Source: Octopus sinensis
Lineage: Eukaryota
Length of the DNA stretch: 64,000 nt
Assembly: GCF_006345805.1 (NCBI RefSeq)
Contig: NC_042998.1
Span: forward strand, 196,726,001 to 196,790,000
Reading direction: 5' to 3'
Below, in pieces: positions 26,721-40,616 of the stretch. A model generated the notes under the pieces. The model did no database searches, had not been told where the DNA came from, and saw only the letters and a list, made by a program, of their open reading frames with translations. The translations under genes were made by a program, and so were the position numbers. Positions within the stretch are counted from its first letter, which is position 1; every line of letters begins with the position of its first letter.

Positions 26721-27268
26721 TCCTGTTGGATTGAGTCGGAGGAGGTGATATTATTACTTAGTTCCTGGTTAGTCCACGCCCAGAAGATCTGTGGGTGATC
26801 TGAAGCATTCTCATTGTGACCATCCTAATTTTTAAGACATCATATTGGACTATATTGTCTAGTGTGTCCCGTTTTTAAGACGGATAGTGGGTGGTTTTAC
26901 ATAGATTTGCTAATTTTTAGCGGATCCAGGACTCCCCTGTTGTTGAAAATGGAATGGTCGTGTCTGTGCCAGGTGTAGTGTGGTCAATTCATTTAAGTTC
27001 TTCAAAATAAAAATCTAAAAATGGGTGAGAGGATACAACAGGGCTACGGTTAATTGTTTTCAAACGTTGTATGGCTCATTACTAATCAGAAGCGGAGTAA
27101 GACCTTTGCAAACGTTCACAATAATCTTATTAGAGATTCAAAGGTCTGGTACTTGCGGATTTTGGGGGACATTTTAGATGTGTGTTGTTTATATATGTAA
27201 ATAGGGTGAATGTAGTTTAGGACGTCGGTAATAAAAGTATTCCAAAGTATTTATCATAAATATATGTA

Positions 27269-27445
27269 GGTGCAGGAGTGGCTGTGTGATAAGTAGCTTG
27301 CTTACCAACCACATGGTTCCTGGTTCAGTTCCACTGCGTGGTACCTTGGGCAAGTGTCTTCTACTATAGCCTCGGGCCGACCAAAGCCTTATGAGGGGAT
27401 TTGGTAGACGGAAACTGAAAGAAGCCCGTCGTATATATATATATA
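27269..27445 (+). mobile_element. SINE family B 5' half, interrupted by PLE-1; 3' half at 31075-31290
   Basis: GGTGCAGGAGTGGCTGTGTG...GGAAACTGAAAGAAGCCCGTCG(TA)n, then PLE sequence. Confidence 0.85.
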
Positions 27446-30400
27446 ACTAATACTAGTAGTCTGTCCTTTATTCAGTTCGATATTAATAGTTATTACTCTA
27501 GCATTTCCCCTATCTTACTCAACAAATCACTAATATTTGCCATGAATCGCTCCCTCATAACTAGAGAAGAAATCAATATTGTGCTACTAGCTAGGAAGAC
27601 ATTTATTGAATTTGAAGATAAATTATGGACTAGAGCAGATACACCAAATTTTTTTGATATACCAATGGGTTCCAGTGATTCGGCTGAGGTAACCAACCTA
27701 GTAGGCGCATATCTATTAAAATGCATAAGCAAGGATATCCCAGAAATACAGGGGGGTCTATATAGAGATGATGCTCTGTTTGTTATCCCTAGTAATAATA
27801 AATCTGTTATAGAAAGGATTAGAAAGAAAATTAATAAGTTCTTTAAGGATTTCAACCTCAGTATAACGTATGAACCGGGCACTAAAATAGCTAATTTCCT
27901 AGATATTACCCTAGACCTTAACTCCAAGCTACATTACCCATTTAGAAAGGAAGGCGAAGTCACGAATTACGTAAATAAATTATCAAATCATCCCCCAAAT
28001 ATAATAGAATCTTTAGTAAGAATATTTCATTAAGAATTTCAAAATTATCATCCAATAAGGATATATTTAACTCCCATTCTGAGCATTATAATGCGGCGTT
28101 AACTAAGGCTGGATACAACCAAAAGATTACATTCGTTGATAGGGAGAACTCACGTATTCCTAATAATGAAGTTATCAGTAATCAAGTAAGCAGCAAAAAA
28201 GACCAAACCCGAAATAAAAGAATTAAATTAAATTAACGGTAAACGCTAATCTAGAGTACAGGCCCACAATTCAAATAGAAGCATTGACCAGAACATAGGT
28301 AACTCGGATAAGATTGAAGTAGATAAACCTAAGATGCACACAAATAAAAATAAAAATAATGGTAATAAATACAATAACTCCGGTGAGATGAATAGTAGTA
28401 ATTCTACGAACCCTAAATTTATAAAAAAAGATATATTATGGCTGAATATTCCTTTCAACTGTGCGATACAATCGGATATACAGAACAAATTCAAAGTAAT
28501 TCTGGAAAAAAATTTCCCTATCTCTCATAGATATCATAGAATTATTTCTAGGAAAACAGTTAGGATTTCTTATTCAACCCTCCCAAATATGTCCACTTTA
28601 ATAGCTAAAATTAATAATAACAACATTAAACTAGCCAGGAAAGATAGAAATAAAAATAATAATATCAGAATGAATACCAATAGCAATAACAATAATACTA
28701 CCAACAATAAAAACCAGCAATAGGAACTATCAAAACATAGGTGAAATTAGTAACCACAGAATGACTAATAACATTAACATTAATAGTAATAATAACAATG
28801 CCGATATTAATAGAAGTAATATTGTTAATAATAGAAATAATAGAAATAAGGCTAATGGAGAAAATAAGGAGAATGAAAATATCAGTGATATCTATAACAA
28901 TAATATACAGTTGGATAAAAAGACTAACAATAATAATAACATTACGAATAATATAAGAAATCTTGGTAGGACTTTACACCTAAATGATGAAACGGAAGGA
29001 TCAATAAATAATAACAATACTTTAGATATCAGTACCAACTATAGAAATGATAATCAAAATAATAGGAACCTTAAACATCTACCCAGGAATAATCCAAGGC
29101 CTGAAGTTGTTCCTCCTGTGTGTAAGTGTAGAATAAAATCAAAATGCCCGGCACCTGGTCTATGTAGGGAAAATAATGTAATCTATAAATGTACCATATC
29201 CACGGAGAATAACAAATATTTTTACATTGGCTGTACAATTATTTTTTAGCCAGAGTTAGAAATCACATCTCGACTTTTAAATTACGTCATAAAGCTGGTA
29301 CCACCACACTTTCAAACAAATCTGGGAACTCAAAAATAATAACAAAATTATACCCTTAATTGGGAATAGTTAGGAGAGCAATTCCGTATAAAAATAGTAG
29401 GGTTGGTTGTCAACTATGCTCCATGGAGACGTACGAAATTCTAAAGCATAGTAAACATAGAAACTTATTGAATAACCATATCGAACTAGGTCAAGTTTGT
29501 GTCCACGCTAAATTGAAGACTTTAAAATATTTTAAATGATTGGAATATTCATAACTAGATAGATAGATATAACTTGATTTCTACTAGTATAGCACTGCTT
29601 TAAGTAGATAACTAAGAGTTCTCACATTACAGTTATCTTTATCTTTTTCCTTATATCTACATCAGTTTTTTGAGAACAGGGAAATGAATAGTACTTATTC
29701 GCTACTTAATTGAGGCTTTATTTAATTTCAAACTCGCAATTTTTAAATTCTTAATTTTAAATCTTAATTGTAATATTTAATTTTAATTCCTAACTTAATC
29801 TAATTTAAATAGCATAACTCTAATAAATTATAATTAGTTACTGTAGCCCCATAATTCTATTTCATAATTAAATAAATAAGGCTATTCCCTCGGTGATAAT
29901 ATGATTATCTTCATTAGGATAGACAATCCCCTAACACCTTGTAAATGATCTTATAAGATTTGACCTGTAGTCGGTCAATGTATGAATAATAACGACAACT
30001 CCTTAAGACAATAAAATGAATAAATTAAATAAGTAAATTTTTAATGACTTTTTGATAAGATTATACTTAGATTTTCCTAATGTATTTTCTGGTGATTTTA
30101 GCATCTGGCCCCTTAACCCCTGACTGTGTTATCTCTTTAGATTCTCTTTAAACTCATAGCTGATTTCAACAGCAATAAATTAACGTTTTACTGGTCAAAG
30201 AATAATATTCCCCTCCAGTTCCTAGATGCCTGTTGATTAAAACCAGACTTACAGTCTACTAGCTCTTCTGTATAACTAGAACCCTCTTTTTTCTTTTTCT
30301 TTTTTCCTTCTTTCCCTATTTCTTTCTCTTTTCTCTTTCTTCTTTTTTCTTCTTCTTATTCTCTGTTTCCTTTTCTCTTCTCTTTTTAGTCCCCCTTTCC

Positions 30401-31074
30401 CCCCCTTTTTTTGCTCCCTCCTCCATTATTTTCTCTCTTTTCTTCTATTCCCTTCTCTATTCTTGGCCGATCTAGTAAGCCCTTCAACCTTTAAGAGTTA
30501 AATAGCTACAGCCTCTTGTGAATAGCAGTAATGTGATTAATATGGCAAACACCTAATCATATAACAAGGATTGGTACCTACCTCATTGTGTTCAACCATT
30601 GTAAAATTTATCGCCTGTGAATATGAAATTCATCTCCATTTCTCTGGAAATTTACATCTACACCATTGGAATCTGTGCATATATACAAAGGATTAATTCA
30701 CCCTCTCTGTAATGCTAATAACAATGGATAAATTTTGTCTTCTGTGAGTATATAATCCCTCATCATATCTATGGAAATTCATATGGATTAGGTCACCTTC
30801 TCTGTGATGCTATCAAAACTTTTTTAAAATTCTGTGATAAGACTATACATCATCTTTAAGGAACTTTAATGAACTTAGAAATCTGTTTAATTATCTACAT
30901 TACTTCATGAGTATAGCCTCAAACACTAGGATGTCTAGAGAACTTACATGTATTTTAGCTGATGAGTACGGGACTCGTTTATATGCTGTAATCTTTGCAA
31001 CTTTTAATAAAACCTGTCCTTGTATGAAACGATCGTACTAAAAACCTATCCATTCTTGTTGCTTCTTTCTCGCG
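27446..31074 (+). mobile_element. PLE-1: 5'-truncated Penelope-like element (RT + Cys linker + GIY-YIG, Naiad-like), coding remnant 27446-29539, 1.5-kb AT-rich 3' region
   Basis: FDINSYYSSIS, MGSSDSAEVTNLVG, GGLYRDDAL, NFLDITLDL, YVNKLSNHPP, WLNIPFN, CKCRIKSKCP..LC..NVIYKC, FYIGCT, CQLCSME, LLNNHIELGQVCVH; frameshifted. Confidence 0.9.
30953..31043 (+). ncRNA. Type I hammerhead ribozyme at the PLE-1 3' end
   Basis: Stem I TTTTAG/CTAAAA; core CTGATGA (30959-30965); stem II GTACGGGAC/GTCCTTGTAT with a long loop; GAAA (31026-31029); stem III C-gatc-G within the palindrome ACGATCGT; UA cleavage site after 31037. Confidence 0.8.
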
Positions 31075-31290
31075 TATATATATATACATATATGTGTGTG
31101 TCTGTGTTTGTCCCCCCTCCCCAACATCGCTTGTTGGTGTGATTACGTCCCCGTATCTTAGCGGTTCAACAAAAGAGACCGATAGAATAAGTATTAGGCT
31201 TACAAAGAATAAGTCATGGGGTCGATTTGTTCGACTAAAGGCGGTGCTCCAGCACCGCCGCAGCCAAATGATTGAAACAAATACAAGAAT
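31075..31290 (+). mobile_element. SINE family B 3' half (partner of 27269-27445)
   Basis: (TA)n/(TG)n, then GTTTGTCCCCC...TTACGTCCCCGTA.CTTAGCGGTTC...GGCGGTGCTCCAGCA. Confidence 0.85.
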
Positions 31291-31578
31291 ATGTATATAT
31301 ATATATATATACAAATTGAGATAGGTAATCTATACTTATATTTATATTCTCTTTTATATATATTCTACTTATTATACAACATTACTCTTTTATGTACACT
31401 TTTTTATGTACATTCCTTTATGTACACTGATTTGTTCTGCTTTTTATATTTAACCCTACAGTCTCTTATGTGGTGGTTTAATAAAGTATGTGATTGAGTA
31501 TTATCTGGTAATTGATATTTGATTTAGATGTATTTCTCCATTTTCTTATCTTGTAATATATATACAACACACACACAC

Positions 31579-31630
<52 letters not shown>

Positions 31631-31669
31631 CGCACACACACACACACATATATATACATATATATATAT

Positions 31670-32151
31670 GTAGGTCCCGGGTTGATCCGGGGTTAACCAC
31701 AGTAAGTAAGGTACTCAATACATAGCAGAGTAAAATTAATTTATTATATAGAAGGAGCTTCTACAGGACTAGTACTGTTTCATTCAAGAGAAATCTTCAG
31801 GAAGCTATTTAACAAGAATTGTATTAGCATTTATACATTTAGGCAGGTTTAAAGGAGTGGTGGTGGGGGACTTTTTTGGGGGTAGGCATAGCGCAAAATA
31901 TCATACTTGGGGGAGTGGTCAAGGAGTCAGTGGTAAGTTAGATGAAAGAATAGATAAATAAAAAAATAAAAAATAAAATAAAAAATAAAAAATAAAATAA
32001 AAAAATAAAAATAAAATAAAATAAAATGTGTGCACATACATACATAAACACATATACATACACACACACATACGTACACATGTGTGCCTATACATACCTA
32101 CACATACACACATACACATACATATATATATACATACATATACATACACAC

Positions 32152-32183
<32 letters not shown>

Positions 32184-32537
32184 ACACATATATATATATA
32201 TACACAATCCAATACAGGCCCATTCCCTAATTTTAATTTTATTATCTTCATTTATTACTTTTGTTATCTTTGATCGCTAGAGCTAAGGATCCTGGCGATG
32301 GCAGCATGTCCAAATTGTCTGTCTACTAGAAGGCAAGTCCTCGTCCCGCACGCACACTCATTAGCACGTACATACACCCATTCGTACACTCATACACATA
32401 CACGTACGCACGCGTTATATTCATACATACAAACATCTACATACGTTCACGTATATACACATACGTACTCGTACCTACAGATTCATGTCTACACTTTAGG
32501 AGGCTAGTCTATATATATACACCAATAAATATACATA

Positions 32538-32569
<32 letters not shown>

Positions 32570-32957
32570 CACATATACACATACACACACACACACACAT
32601 ATATATACTCCTACATACAGATACATACCTATATATATATATATATATATATATACCCACACATACATGTACATATATATATATATATATACATACATAT
32701 ATATACATATATATACATATATATACATATATATACATACATACATACACACACACCCATATATATACACACACATACATACACATATATATACATACAC
32801 AAACATATATACACACATATATACATATATACATATATACACACATGCATACACACACCTACATACATATACACACAAACACATACATACGTAAACATAC
32901 ATACATACATCCATACATCCATACTTACATGCACTTATACGCATACACACACCCCCA

Positions 32958-32999
<42 letters not shown>

Positions 33000-34291
33000 T
33001 ATACACACTCACACATACATATACAAATATACGCCCACACATACATACATACATACACGTATACGCATACACGCACATACACATATACATGCGTACCCAT
33101 ACACGTGCCCACACGCACATGCATCCATATGTATACACACACACACATATATACACGTGTGCAGGCATACATACATACTCATACACGCACACATACTTAC
33201 ATATACATATATGCACACACTTACACACATATATACATACACATATACATGCATACATACATATATGCATACATACACATACACGCACATACACATATAC
33301 ACATGCGTACACATACACGTGCACGCACGCACGCGCATCCATATATATACACACGCACACAATATATACACGTGTGCAAGCAGCATACATACATACTCAT
33401 ACACGCGCACATACTTACATATACATATATGCACACACTTCCACACATATATATACATACACATATACATGCATACATACATATATGCATACATACACAC
33501 ACGCGCACTCATATATACATATATATATATATACACACATACACACATATACATATATATATATATATATTATATATATATAATATATATATATATACAC
33601 ACAACACATACACACATATACATACATATACACATACATATATACACATATACACATACACATACATGCACACACACACACACATACACATACACATACA
33701 TACATATATATATATATATTATATATAACACATATATACACACACATACACATATACCATACATATATACACACATACATACATATACATACACACACAC
33801 ATACATATATACACGGATACACATACCCATACATATATATTATAGATATTATATATATATATACACACACACACATATACACATGCATATACTTATATCT
33901 CTACATACTCACATATAAACATATATATATATAACACACACATATATATACATGTACACACACATACACATATACATACATATATACACATACACACATA
34001 CATACATATATACACATACATATACATATACATATACATATATATATAATATATATATATATAATATACATACCCCCCACATATATACATATATATATAT
34101 ATATTCACACATATACACACACACACACACTCATACATATACACATATACATGTATACATACGCAATAATGATACATATATACACATACACACACACACA
34201 GATGCATATACATACATATATATATAAAAAATTACATATCTATATAAATACATACATAATACACATATACACACACACATATACATACATA

Positions 34292-34325
<34 letters not shown>

Positions 34326-35108
34326 TACATATATATACATACATATACATATATATACATATACACATACACATGCACATACATATACAAATATACATAC
34401 ACATGCATACACACACACGCGCGCACATACATATACACACACACATATACCAATACATACATACACACATACACACATACACATATATATACATACATGT
34501 ACACATACACATATATATATATATCAACAAGGGAGGGTAAAGTTAATTAGTTATTAATCAAATTCACCAAGAATTCAGTATGTAAAGGGACCATTATTAT
34601 TTTGAGTAAACAATGTTAGAGGGAAAAAAATTCTCTAAGTAGTGGAAGAGGCTAAAAACCTTTATTGGCTGCTATTTCTAGAAAGTTTAGTATGTGGCAA
34701 AGTAATTTATTTTATTTTACTAAGCCCTAATTACATAATATTTTATACATACATACACATACAAAAACACATACATTTACACGTATATACACATATACGT
34801 ACAAACACATATACATATATACACACACACGCACACATACAAGCACATACATATATATATATATATATATATTCATATATGCAAACATATATACATATAT
34901 ATTTTTTTTTTTTTTTTTTTTTTTACATGCATACATACACACACACACACATAATACATGCGTATATTCCTACTGTACCCATGCATTTCTATACATATAT
35001 ACATACATACGATACACATATACAAGCGTGCACATACAATATGTGAAAGGTCTTAGGAGAAAAGGTAATCGGGGGTGCTAGGGGAACAGTGGGTAGGGGG
35101 GTTTTGTA

Positions 35109-35140
<32 letters not shown>

Positions 35141-36497
35141 GTGTCATCAATCAGGTTGCCGGGTAGGTCTATAGTTCTTGTAGTTCGCATACTTCTTATG
35201 CATGCAATTTGGGGAGTGTTCTGAAAATTTGTTAAGGAGAGGGCCTTTGGCGAACAAGATCTCTAGGCTCTCTGATATGCATAGGTCACAGCAGGTATGT
35301 CCTCCTGTGTACGAGCGCGCCTTCTGTAGTAGTTTCCACTTGGTCTTGAAGGGGATTGAGTTCCTTTTAAGGTACCAGATGTGGGCGGCGAGGGTAGTTT
35401 TGGTTGGATTTATCCTGTCGCCGGAACGAGTGTGTATGTGCGTACCAGCGGGTCTTAAAGCTGTTTGACGTCATTCCAATGTAGGATTTACTTTTATTTT
35501 ATCGTCAAGGCCTGATCTTACCTCGCATTTATATACTAGGTCCCTCTGTAGGCAGTTGTTGTTGAGGGGGCAGGTGGTTTTATCATGGCAGTTGCAACTG
35601 CTATCGGACGTTGGATGGGCCCCGGAGAAAGTGGATATGTTAAGTTTTTTCACATTGTTGTTGGCTAGGTTCCTGGCTAGATTGGGCGTGGTAGAGTAGG
35701 AGAGTCTAATGTGTTTCTTATTTAGGATAGTGTAGTACTTATGTTGGGTGGGGAAGTGTTTCTGTAGGAGAGTGAAAAAGATCTTAGCTACAGGTGTAGC
35801 GACCTCACGGTTGAAGGGGGGGTTGTACCAGCTAATGTGTCTTCGTCTATTTTTCCTGGGTTGGCGTGGGGCTATACTAGTGTAGGTAATCTTATCTTTA
35901 AAACCACTGCGGGCCAGGGCCTCGTTGTAATAGGGGGCTGCGGCTTTAAAGATATCTTCCGTGGCGGACAGCTAGAGATTCTAATTGAGACACTTTTTAC
36001 TAGGTTATCTAATATATTTTTGGGGTGGTTGGAATTGATATCTATATATCTAAGGGATTCATTTGGTTTGTGGTACGGGTAATAAAGTGAGGTTTTTAGG
36101 TCGAGGGTGACATCGAGGAAGTTAGCCTTTGTTAAGTTGGATTCTAGGGTAATCCTAAGGCCTAAGTTTTTAAAGAAGGTGTGAAGGTTTTTCCGGAACC
36201 CATCCGTGGTCCTGGGGTTTATATTGTGGAGGGCGAAAAGGCCGTCATCTCGGTAAAGACCACCGGAGAGGCCTGTGAATAGGGTTTTCAGCCTATGGAG
36301 GATGAAAAGGCCCACTAGGTCACTTATTTCAGCAGAGAGTCGTTAGCACCCATGCTGACGTCGAAGGGGGTCACAGATTTTTTGTTGATCCAGTGGGATC
36401 CGTCATAGAAAAGAAAAGTCTTACGTGCGTGGAGGATCACATCTTGCTGGAGGGGTCCTGGCGGAGTTAATGGCGCGCATCGATAGTTAATCGCATC
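31670..36497 (-). mobile_element. PLE-2 main copy: 5'-truncated Penelope-like element, coding remnant 35147-36497, long microsatellite-rich 3' region
   Basis: Minus-strand ILHARKTFLF, FDVSMGANDS, GGLYRDDGL, NFLDVTLDL, YIDINSNHP, CNCHDKTTCPLNNNCL..LVYKC; GIY-YIG read in the right arm as YIGMTSNSFKTRW and CDLCISE. Confidence 0.9.
31756..31806 (-). ncRNA. Type I hammerhead ribozyme, PLE-2 left arm
   Basis: Reverse complement: AGCTTC-CTGAAGA-tTTCtcttGAAt-GAAA-CAGtactagtcCTG-TA-GAAGCT. Confidence 0.8.
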
Positions 36498-37897
36498 GGG
36501 CCTTTTCATCCTCCATAGGCTGAAAACCCTATTCACAGGCCGGTGGTGGTTTTGCGGCCTGCCCTCCACAATATAACCCCAGGACCACGGATGGGTTCCG
36601 GAAAAACCTTCACACCTTCTTTAAAACTTAGGCCTTAGGATTACCCTAGAATCCAACTTAACAAAGGCTAACTTCCTCGATGTCACCCTCGACCTAAAAA
36701 CCTCACTTTATTACCCGTACCACAAACCAAATGAATCCCTTAGATATATAGATATCAATTCCAACCACCCCAAAAATATATTAGATAACCTAGTAAAAAG
36801 TCGTCAATTAGAATCTCTAGCCTGTCCGCCACGGAAGATATCTTAAATTAAAGCCGCCCCCTATTACAACGAGGCCCTGGCCCGCAGTGGTTTTAAAGAT
36901 AAGATTACCTACACTAGTATAGCCCCACGCCAACCCAGGAAAAATAGACGAAGACACATTAGCTGGTACAACCCCCCTTCAACCGTGAGGTCGCTACACC
37001 TGTAGCTAAGATCTTTTTCACTCTCCTACAGAAACACTTCCCCACCCAACATAAGTACTACACTATCCTAAATAAGAACACTATTAGACTCTCCTACTCT
37101 ACCACGCCCAATCTAGCCAGGAACCTAGCCAACAACAATGTGAAAAAACTTAACATATCCACTTTCTCCGGGGCCCATCCAACGTCCGATAGCAGTTGCA
37201 ACTGCCATGATAAAACCACCTGCCCCCTCAACAACAACTGCCTACAGAGGGACCTAGTATATAAATGCGAGGTAAGATCAGGCCTTGACGATAAAAGTAA
37301 ATCCTACATTGGAATGACGTCAAACAGCTTTAAGACCCGCTGGTACGCACATACACACTCGTTCCGGCGACAGGATAAATCCAACCAACTACCCTCGCCG
37401 CCCACATCTGGTACCTTAAAAGGAACTCAATCCCCTTCAAGACCAAGTGGAAACTACTACAGAAGGCGCGCTCGTACACAGGAGGACATACCTGCTGTGA
37501 CCTATGCATATCAGAGAGCCTAGAGATCTTGTTCGCCAAAGGCCCTCTCCTTAACAATTTTCAGAACACTCCCCTAATTGCATGCATAAGAAGTATGCGA
37601 ACTACAAGAACTATAGACCTACCCGGCAACCTGATTGATGACAACCCCCCCCCCCCCACCCCCCCCCCCCCTACAAACCCCCCCTACCCCACTGTTCCCC
37701 TAGCACCCCCGATTACCTTTTCTCCTAAGACCTTTCACATATTGTATGTGCACGCTTGTATATGTGTATCGTATGTATGTATATATGTATAGAAATGCAT
37801 GGGTACAGTAGGAATATACGCATGTATTATGTGTGTGTGTGTGTATGTATGCATGTAAAAAAATATATATATGTATATATGTTTGCATATATGAATG

Positions 37898-37928
<31 letters not shown>

Positions 37929-38692
37929 GCTTGTATGTGTGCGTGTGTGTGTATATATGTATATGTGTTTGTACGTATATGTGTATATACGTGTAAATGT
38001 ATGTGTTTTTGTATGTGTATGTATGTATAAAATATTATATAATTAGGGCTTAGTAAAATAAAATAAATTACTTTGCCACATACTAAACTTTCTAGAAATA
38101 GCAGCCAATAAAGGTTTTTAGCCTCTTCCACTACTTAGAGAATTTTTTCCCTCTAACATTGTTTACTCAAAATAATAATGGTCCCTTTACATACTGAATT
38201 CTTGGTGAATTTGATTAATAACTAATTAACTTTACCCTCCCTTGTTGATATATATATATATGTGTATGTGTACATGTATGTATATATATGTGTGTGTGTG
38301 TATGTGTGTATGTATGTATTGGTATATGTGGTGTGTATATGTATGTGCGCGCGTGTGTGTGTATGCATGTGTATGTATATTTGTATATGTATGTGCATGT
38401 GTATGTGTATATGTATATATATATGTATATGTATGTATATATGTATATATAATATATATATATGTATATATGTATGTATATGTATGTATATGTGTGTGGT
38501 ATATGTGTATTATGTATGTATTTATATAGATATGTAATTTTTTATATATATATGTATGTATATGCATCTGTGTGTGTGTGTATGTGTATATATGTATCAT
38601 TATTGCGTATGTATACATGTATATGTGTATATGTATGAGTGTGTTGTGTGTGTATATGTGTGAATATATATATATATGTATATATGTGGGGG

Positions 38693-38733
<41 letters not shown>

Positions 38734-39033
38734 ATGTATATGTATATGTATGTGTATATATGTATGTATGTGTGTATGTGTATATATGTATGTATATGTG
38801 TATGTGTGTGTACATGTATATATATGTGTGTGTGTATATATATATATGTTTATATGTGAGTATGTAGAGATATAAGTATATGCATGTGTATATGTGTGTG
38901 TGTGTATATATATATATATATTATATATATATATATGTATGGGTATGTGTATCCGTGTATATATGTATGTGTGTGTGTATGTATATGTATGTATGTGTGT
39001 ATATATGTATGTGTATATGTGTATGTGTGTGTA

Positions 39034-39078
<45 letters not shown>

Positions 39079-39178
39079 GTATGTGTATGTGTGTGTATGT
39101 GTGCATGTATGTGTATGTGTATATGTGTATATATATGTATGTGTATATGTATGTATATGTGTGTATGTGTGTGTGTGT

Positions 39179-39211
<33 letters not shown>

Positions 39212-39758
39212 GTTATGTGTGTATGTGTGTATATATTATATGTATATATGAGTGCGCGTGTGTGTAGTATGCATATATGTATGTATGCATGTATATGTGT
39301 ATGTATATATGTGTGGAAGTGTGTGCATATATGTATATGTAAGTATGTGCGCGTGTATGAGTATGTATGTATGCTGGCACACGTGTATTATATGTGTGCG
39401 TGTGTATATATATGGATGCGCGTGCGTGCGTGCACGTGTATGGGTACGCATGTGTATATGTGTATGTGCGTGTATGTGTATGTATGCATATAGTATGTAT
39501 GCATGTATATGTGTATGTATATATGTGTGTAAGTGTGTGCATATATGTATATGTAAGTATGTGTGCGTGTATGAGTATGTATGTATGCCTGCACACGTGT
39601 ATATATGTGTGTGTGTGTATACATATGGATGCATGTGCGTGTGGGCACGTGTATGGGTACGCATGTATATGTGTATGTGCGTGTATGCGTATACGTGTAT
39701 GTATGTATGTATGTGTGGGCGTATATTTGTATATGTATGTGTGAGTGTGTATATTAGT

Positions 39759-39794
<36 letters not shown>

Positions 39795-40187
39795 GATGGG
39801 GTGTGTGTATGCGTATAAGTGCATGTAAGTATGGATGTATGGATGTATGTATGTATGTTTACGTATGTATGTGTTTGTGTGTATATGTATGTAGGTGTGT
39901 GTATGCATGTGTGTATATATGTATATATGTATATATGTGTGTATATATGTTTGTGTATGTATATATATGTGTATGTATGTGTGTGTATATATATGGGTGT
40001 GTGTGTATGTATGTATGTATATATATGTATATATATATGTATATATATGTATATATATGTATGTATATATATATATATATATGTGTACATGTATGTGTGG
40101 GTATATATGTATATATATATATATATGGGTATGTATCTGTATGTAGGAGTATATATATGTGTGTGTGTGTGTGTATGTGTATATGTG

Positions 40188-40219
<32 letters not shown>

Positions 40220-40571
40220 TATATGTATATTTATTGGTGTATATATATAGACTAGCCTCCTAAAGTGTAGACATGAATCTGTAGGTACGAGTACGTATGT
40301 GTATATACGTGAACGTATGTAGATGTTTGTATGTATGAATATAACGCGTGCGTACGTGTATGTGTATGAGTGTACGAATGGGTGTATGTACGTGCTAATG
40401 AGTGTGCGTGCGGGACGAGGACTTGCCTTCTAGTAGACAGACAATTTGGACATGCTGCCATCGCCAGGATCCTTAGCTCTAGCGATCAAAGATAACAAAA
40501 GTAATAAATGAAGATAATAAAATTAAAATTAGGGAATGGGCTGTATTGGATTGTTGGATTGTGTATATATA

Positions 40572-40616
<45 letters not shown>

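Noticed and set aside
29120-29539. Selenocysteine-type in-frame TGA in the PLE Cys motifs (reported for some Naiad PLEs)
   Set aside because: The Cys codons read in PLE-1 and PLE-2 are ordinary TGT/TGC; no in-frame TGA was seen at those positions.
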